Positions 57,939-64,000 of a stretch of DNA of 64,000 nucleotides are shown in pieces (the stretch's first letter is position 1; each line of letters opens with the position of its first letter). This DNA is from Hyaloraphidium curvatum SAG 235-1 (Eukaryota > Fungi > Monoblepharomycota): assembly GCA_025558095.1 (NCBI GenBank), contig JAIVFI010000030.1:124001-188000 (forward strand), in the 5' to 3' direction. Made by a program: the position numbers and the translations under genes. Below the pieces are notes generated by a model. That model saw only the letters and a program-made list of their open reading frames with translations. It did no database searches and was not told the DNA's origin.

Positions 57939-60810
57939 ATGACGGGGGACGAGGAGAACAATCCGGGCCGAATGGGACGCGTCACACCTCACCCGGAGGA
58001 TGTGGACGCGGACCTGGGCATCGATCCTGGGCTCATCGCCGGGATGAGGCTGGAGAAGGTGGATCGCTCGGGATCGACCCTTTCTCGACTGGTCCAACTC
58101 GATGTGCGGCGCCGCTGCATCGTGGTGGAGAGCAAGAAGGGCCTGCTCCGGGGAATCACCAACCGCGAACCCGTCAAGTTCATCGAAATCAAGGACATAA
58201 AGGAGCTCAGACCCGGCTTGAACACCAAGGAGCTGACGCAGATTAACAGGCCGGCCTTCGAAGTGGAGGATAGGGCGTTTTCGATCATCTACACGCGTCG
58301 CGGCCAGTACAAGGTCCTGAACCTGATCGCGCCCAGCCCCTCGGTTGCGAGCACCTGGATCACGGGGCTCCTGAAACTGGGTGCGGGCCAAGATCCTGTT
58401 CACCGGAAGGATGCTTTCCTTTTGGCCATGTGGAATGCAGCGGACGTGGACCGCAATGGCCGGCTCTCGGTCGCCGAGGCGGCCCGGCTATTCGAGCAGT
58501 TCAACATCCACAAATCGCGCGCTGAACTGGAGGACATGCTGCGTTCGGCGGGTGGTGGCCCAGATTCCCATCTCGATTTCGACGGACTAAAACGCCTTTA
58601 CAATATGGTTGCACGGCGGCCGGACGTGGACCGACTGTTTCAGATGGCCTGCGAAAAGGCATCCGTCTTGGACTTTGCACACTTCCGGAAGTTCCTCCTG
58701 GACGCTCAGAAGATGGACCTTCCGGAGGATGAAGTGCGGCTGCTGTATAGCGAGTGGGCCGATGAGAGCGGGATCGGCCGGGAGTCGTTTGGCAACTTTT
58801 TGCTTTCTCCTGGGGGGAGCATATTCGATCCCGGTCACCGCGGGGTGTTCCAGGACATGAAGCGACCGCTCTACGAGTACTGGATCAACAGCTCGCACAA
58901 CACGTACCTGCTGGGAGATCAGTTGCGGTCGAGCTCGTCGGTCGAGGCGTACATCCGTGCCCTCCAACGGGGATGCAGGTGTGTCGAGATCGATACCTGG
59001 GACGGGCCCAACGGCTTGCCGGTGGTCACCCATGGCCACACTTTGACGTCCAAGATTCCGCTCCGCGACGTCTTGAACGCCATCGCGAAGTACGCATTTG
59101 TAGCGAGCCCTTATCCAGTTATCTTGTCATTTGAGCAGCACTGCTCGCTGGAGCAGCAGAGAGTCGTCGCCAGGATGCTGGTAGAAGTGTTTGGCGATAT
59201 GTTGGTGACGGAGGCGCTGGACGTCGACGGTTGCCCCAGTCCCGAGGATTTGATGAACAGGATCATTGTCAAGGTGGATGGTTTCCTTCGCTTCCCGTTC
59301 GTCTGCTGACCTCCGACGCAGCACAAGAAAGCGTCGATCCAGAGCAGGTCATCGGCAACCCTTCGAACATCCCGATCGGTGTCGCCTGGAGGCGATCGCA
59401 GATCGTCATCGACAGCCACCATTGCAGCCTACTCTCCTGAACTCTTTGGCGGTGTCGAAGCTACGACGCCGACCGAGTCATCGCTGCTGGCCTTGCTTTC
59501 GGATTCCGAATCTGAGAACGAACTAGCATCGGACGAGTACGTCAGTGAGTGGAGATGTTCTTGTCGTCGAAGGCGTGAATCTCATCGCTGCTTCCAGTGC
59601 ATGCGGGCAAGAGGAAGAAGCTGAAGCCAACTGCCAAGGAATTGAGCGACCTTGTGGTCTACTGCGTGCCCAACTATCTCGGGAAGCTTCCGGAATGCTT
59701 GGGTGGGGAAAGCCGGGGCATACTTGCTCATCCATGGCTCACAGAAGCTTCAGGAGACGCGAGACCTGAATGCGTGACAGCCATCGGCGAAACGGTCGCA
59801 AACCGGCTAGTCAGGGAATCGTGGCCCGCATTTGCCGCTTGGAACATGCGGCAATGCACCCGCATTTATCCACGGCAGCTGCGCATCGACTCTTCCAACT
59901 TCGATCCTCGCGTGTTTTGGGACGCCGGAGCATCCATGGTACGAACGTGTCCTAGAAAGGGAAGCCGCGTTTCTTATTCCTTCCCGCGACCATCCAGGTC
60001 GCATTGAACTGGCAGACGAAAGGTGCCCTTTTAAGTCTGCTCGACATAACCGCTTTAGCTGACGTCGTTCACGTGGCCCAGATACCTCCATGCAGCGCAA
60101 CCGCGCCCTGTTTGCCGCAAATGGCGCATGCGGCTATGTCTTGAAACCGGAGTACTTGCGCGTCGGCCCAGCCGATGGAAGTCTTCCACAGCCACCAGCA
60201 AGAACCTGGCGGTTGAAAATTCGTGTAAGGCGAGCGACCATCGCCACGATCCCTGTTCTTAGTGGCGTGCATGCAGATCATTTCCGGTCAGCAGCTTCCA
60301 AATGCATTCGACGATCGCAGCCAGGAAATCGTCAACCCTTACGTCGCGATCGACGTTGGGGCGCACAACGCGCGTCTCCTCTCGAGCTCGAATAGCTGGG
60401 AACGCCGCATTCCGCCTGGAGCCATGGCTTTGGGCGCCAGCACCGACGATGATGCGGACGGGGCGGCTGCGCTGGTCGCTGCCACCTACTTCTCGCGGGT
60501 GGTGGCGTCGAACGGTTTTGGTCCCTCTTGGGAAGAAGTGTGCTCGTTCGTGTTTGCGCGGCCCGAGACTGCGTTTGTGCGCTTCAGAGTCTGGAACGCC
60601 GAGTCCACCGGGATGGACACTCTGCTGGGGACCTACATGATACATTTGCCAAACTTGATGCAAGGTGAAGTGCAATCGCGCGCTTCTCGATCGTGCATGA
60701 TCTCACGAATCGCAGGATACCGCCACATACCCCTGGAGAACGAGTCGGGCGACCCCGTGCCGTTTGCCACGCTGTTTGTGAAATTGCGACTGAAGCCATA
60801 TGTGGAGTGA
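57939..60810 (+). CDS. PLC1: Phosphoinositide-specific phospholipase C (delta-like; PH-EF-X-Y-C2)
   Basis: INSSHNTYL, GCRCVEIDTWDG, HGHTLTSKI, SPYPVILSFEQH, TRIYP...RIDSSNFDP, GYVLKP, C2 domain with GYRHIPL. Confidence 0.95.
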
Positions 60811-60879
60811 ATCTTCAATACCATGGGCGAAAGATGCTCGAGAAGCACTGCGATACAATCGTAACCAATGTGTAATGTA

Positions 60880-62472
60880 TCAAGCAATCCCAGTCCCCCC
60901 ATTTGCTCGCCGCTGCCGCCTTTCATTCCTTTGGTTCCGCTGCTCTGCTGCGAGGATGTGATTGCGAAAGTTGATTGTGTTCTGCACTGACTCCGTGCTC
61001 AGGTATGATCGGCCGTCCTGGACCACGTAATCCGTGACCTTCTCAAAAGTCACGAGGAATCGAGCCCAGTTATTGAACGGCTGGCAGCTTATGTGTCGCA
61101 GGCGCAGGCAGCGGTTGGCGCGAATGTCGCTCGGTTGGTACCTGCGAGGCCGGTGAGATGCGGAACAATCCTGCGATCGCAGCAACGCACCCTTCTTCAA
61201 CGGTCGGCATCCAGAACACCAGCCTGCCGCCCACGGCAAGGTACACGGCGGCAAACTCGACCAAGTCTGCGACTACATCGTCCATCTCGTAGGGAACGGT
61301 GGCTGGATACCGCGGGCGTTCGGGAGGTCGCTTTGACGGCGGAGGCTCCCTGTAGTTTGGTCGCTTGCCAATTTTCTTGGCACCCGCACGAACACCGTAA
61401 GGAGGCTGGCGAAGCGTGGGTGTCAGCGGGCGCGTCGCGGGAGTTCATGGCAAACCCACGTCAGTAATGATTGCGTCAAAGAACCCGACAGTGCGCCAGG
61501 GATGGTGAGCAATGTCGCAAACGACGGTGTCCACAACGCGGGGAGCACATTGATATTGCTGCACGTTGGTTCGAAGGTCCTTTCCCTCCGTGTGCTTCCA
61601 CGCCTCATACACCGTGCCGCCGCGAATCTGCCGCCCGTCAATGTCCGATCCGCAAACAAGTCCCCCAAAGTAAGCGCTGGTGACGAGAATAGAGCCCGTG
61701 CCAACAAAAGGGTCGAGAACCAGGCAACCGGGCCGCACCTTGCCCATATTGGCCATCACGAGCGAGAGTTCCGCGTCCATGCTGGTCGTGCCCAGGTACT
61801 CCCGCTTTTTGAGATCAAAAAGCTGCCTCGCTTCGCGATCGCCAGTGCCAATCTGGACGCCGAAAAAGACGTGGCGGTAGGCTTGCGCCGGCAAGTGCTT
61901 CCAATCCCCGTAGTCCTCCGCCACCACGAAGGTAGATTCGGCATTCCGCAAGTCTATGGGGCCACGGAACCCCAAGTAGGAGAGCGATTCGACCCGTTCC
62001 CGCTGCTGTTCCATGGAAAGAGTGGCACCGAATGCGAGGATGTTGAAGCGGAAGCTTCTCTCCATGTAGGGAACGAGCAGGCCCGGATCCGCAGCGATGC
62101 GGGCCTTGAGCACAGCGTGCAGCTCATCGTACGAATCTCCTTCGGCCCAAAGCTCCACCACGAGCTTGACAAGGACCGACCGCCTGGTGAGGCGAATCGC
62201 TTCCTCCCGCGATGACAGGTGGATCTTCACAAAGACCGCGTCCTGTTCCGGACGAAAGCCGCGGGAGAGACAAGGATGGGCAGACAATACAACCGCGATT
62301 AGGCCAGCATATGAGGAATGCTTGAGGGACAAACCGGGGGGGCGTTCTTCCACTCCGCGACGTCCTCCTCAGCCAGTTCGACGCCCTCGGCCTCCGCGAT
62401 CGATTGGAACTCCGGCAGCCAGAAGTCCCGATGCACATTGGGATACTGGAGCAGGAACGGAATCCGTCCCAT
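60880..62472 (-). CDS. TRM11: tRNA (guanine-N2, m2G10)-methyltransferase catalytic subunit
   Basis: FWLPEFQSIAE, DLKKREYLGTTSMDAELSLVMAN, LDPFVGTGSIL, GSDIDGRQIRG, FDAIITD|PPYGVR, GGRLVFWMP. Confidence 0.93.
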
Positions 62473-62808
62473 ATTCTCCTTTCTTCCCCCCCTCTTCTTC
62501 CCCTTTTTCTCCCGTCTCCCTTGCAATCTGCTGTCTCGCTCGGTAAAGGACTTACTACTCTATGCCTGAGGTGCCAAGCGCGGCGGTTCGGACACACGGG
62601 AGCTATCTCTGCGTCCTTTAGACGTGCGTATCGACTGCCGATGTGTTTCCCGCGGTCGCGCCGGGGCGGTGGCTTTGGCGCCGAGCGGAGGTCGCGGGGT
62701 TGCCGGGTCCGCTTTCCGGCCCCGTCGACACCCCGGCGGCACACCAACGGCGCCTGGGGAGCTCTCCTCCGTTGGTGGGCCGCGGTCTTTGTGCTTGGTG
62801 CACGCGTG

Positions 62809-64000
62809 ATGGCCGGTAGTTGCGTCCGGCGCGGCGTCGCCGGCGGTGCTCCGGCCCCGGCCCGAGCGCACGACGACACCGCGACCGAGGAACAGAAACA
62901 GGCCGCACGGAATGCCCACCGAGCTCTTATGGAGACGGTGTTCTACCACCACCTGGTCGGCCTCGGCTCCTTTGCCTTCCTGGGCGCCGGCCGCTTCGCT
63001 GCCCGGACGGCCCAGTCTGTGGCTCCCATGCCTGCGGCGACTTTGCCCTCGACCTCTGCCACCGCCGACGACCTCGACGGACCTCACCTCCACGGGAACG
63101 CGGCCATCGAGCTCACGCAGTGGTCTTGCGTGGCTCTGGTTCCTCACCCTGACGGTAGCGGCCGCCTCCTCCTCGCCATGAAGTCGCCGCACCCCATCTT
63201 CGCCGTCTCGTCCACCGGCATCGCCGTGGACAGCCCACTCGTCTTTGCCGCGCAGCTCCTTTTGCCCCTGCTCCTGCGCCGCATGACCAAGCTGCGCGCT
63301 GGCGACGAGCTCTTCGACCAGCACTCGGACTGGACCGGCGGAGTCCCGCCACAGCTCGCTGGCTACGCCCGCGCGGCCCTCCAGCCCGCGATCAGGCGGG
63401 CGATGGAGCTCCTTGCCGAAGGCGGCTTCGACGTCATGCTCCGCGGACGGCTGCAAGGCGATGGCCTCAACAGCGCGGCTGCGTTCGAGAAGGAGGAGGA
63501 CGAGCTGTCGGCCCCACGGGTGCGCAGCTCCGGGCCGTCGTCCATGATCGCGCCCGAAACCAGCGTCAAGGCCATTGCGCCAGGGCTCAACACCACGTCG
63601 CTCGGCACCTTCCTGGACCGCGAGATGCTGCCCGTTGCACTCCTGATTCCGGAACGCGTGAAGGAAGCCCTGGACGTCAAGGCCGACGCCGCTTTGCAAG
63701 GCCAGCTCGATCGGATTGGGACGGAAGGCATCGACGCCAACGCCATTCCCGACAAGCTGCGCAAGAGCGCGCGTGGCTTGTTGGCGCGGACGGCGCGTGG
63801 CAAGTCGGGCAAGGCAAAGGTGCTGAAGGCCGCGCGCGGGGACGGTGAAGAGGACGAGGACGGTGACCTGGACGATTCAGGGGACGAAGAAGAAGACGGC
63901 GAGGAACCTGGCGAGGAGCCGGCTGCAGGAAGCGCGCTGGAGAGAGTTCGCACGTGGTCTACACGGTGGCGAGATACCATTGCCAAGCGGCAGTGGTCGG
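62809..64000 (+). CDS. Hypothetical protein, partial (open to the window end; alternative ATGs at 62641 and 62929)
   Basis: Uninterrupted + frame with typical GC3-rich codons (METVFYHHLVG...IELTQWSCVAL...DGEEDEDGDLDD). It is absent from the ORF track, probably because it has no stop inside the window. Confidence 0.6.
   Translation, partial: MAGSCVRRGVAGGAPAPARAHDDTATEEQKQAARNAHRALMETVFYHHLVGLGSFAFLGAGRFAARTAQSVAPMPAATLPSTSATADDLDGPHLHGNAAIELTQWSCVALVPHPDGSGRLLLAMKSPHPIFAVSSTGIAVDSPLVFAAQLLLPLLLRRMTKLRAGDELFDQHSDWTGGVPPQLAGYARAALQPAIRRAMELLAEGGFDVMLRGRLQGDGLNSAAAFEKEEDELSAPRVRSSGPSSMIAPETSVKAIAPGLNTTSLGTFLDREMLPVALLIPERVKEALDVKADAALQGQLDRIGTEGIDANAIPDKLRKSARGLLARTARGKSGKAKVLKAARGDGEEDEDGDLDDSGDEEEDGEEPGEEPAAGSALERVRTWSTRWRDTIAKRQWS

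Noticed and set aside
53700-62500. Lower-GC block as a horizontally acquired island
   Set aside because: It contains core eukaryotic intron-bearing genes (HID1, PLC1, TRM11), so the shift likely reflects weaker codon bias. This also weakens GC alone as evidence for the 37-45 kb genes.
1-64000. Prokaryotic operons, CRISPR array, rRNA/tRNA genes
   Set aside because: Spliceosomal introns and eukaryote-specific genes occur throughout. I saw no repeat-spacer array and no recognisable structural RNA gene.

Overview
This is gene-dense, GC-rich eukaryotic DNA, not bacterial. Most genes carry short (about 50-60 nt) GT-AG introns with GTGCGT/GTGAGT/GTACGT/GTGGGT donors. The gene content (VPS35, ISU1, PLC1, Avt3/4-type transporter, HID1/Ecm30, TRM11, GATA factor, DET1) suggests an early-diverging, chytrid/monoblepharid-like fungus; this is an inference. 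About 30 protein-coding loci can be supported. I found no rRNA, tRNA, CRISPR array or intact transposon. Main candidate for an undescribed system: a compact glycan-biosynthesis cluster at 6.4-12.5 kb, made of an internally deleted GT8, an algal-style GT7/GT2 + GT-B fusion, a PAPS-dependent sulfotransferase and an intact GT8. All are N-terminally anchored, and the cluster is bracketed by degenerate ~320-bp direct repeats, suggesting a sulfated-glycan pathway. Other highlights: a CMC-like -> HID1 -> DsbA run with a 2-nt spacer and an ATGA overlap (possible polycistron); a signal-peptide pseudokinase (HRN for HRD); a kinase-pseudokinase-ankyrin-pseudokinase protein and an ankyrin-EEP nuclease flanking DET1; a gustatory-receptor/DUF3537-like membrane protein; a head-to-head pair of tiny RVxF PP1 regulators; a half-fimbrin/coiled-coil protein; and two bacterial-type genes. 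Gene boundaries were inferred by eye and family calls come from motif recognition, not database searches.
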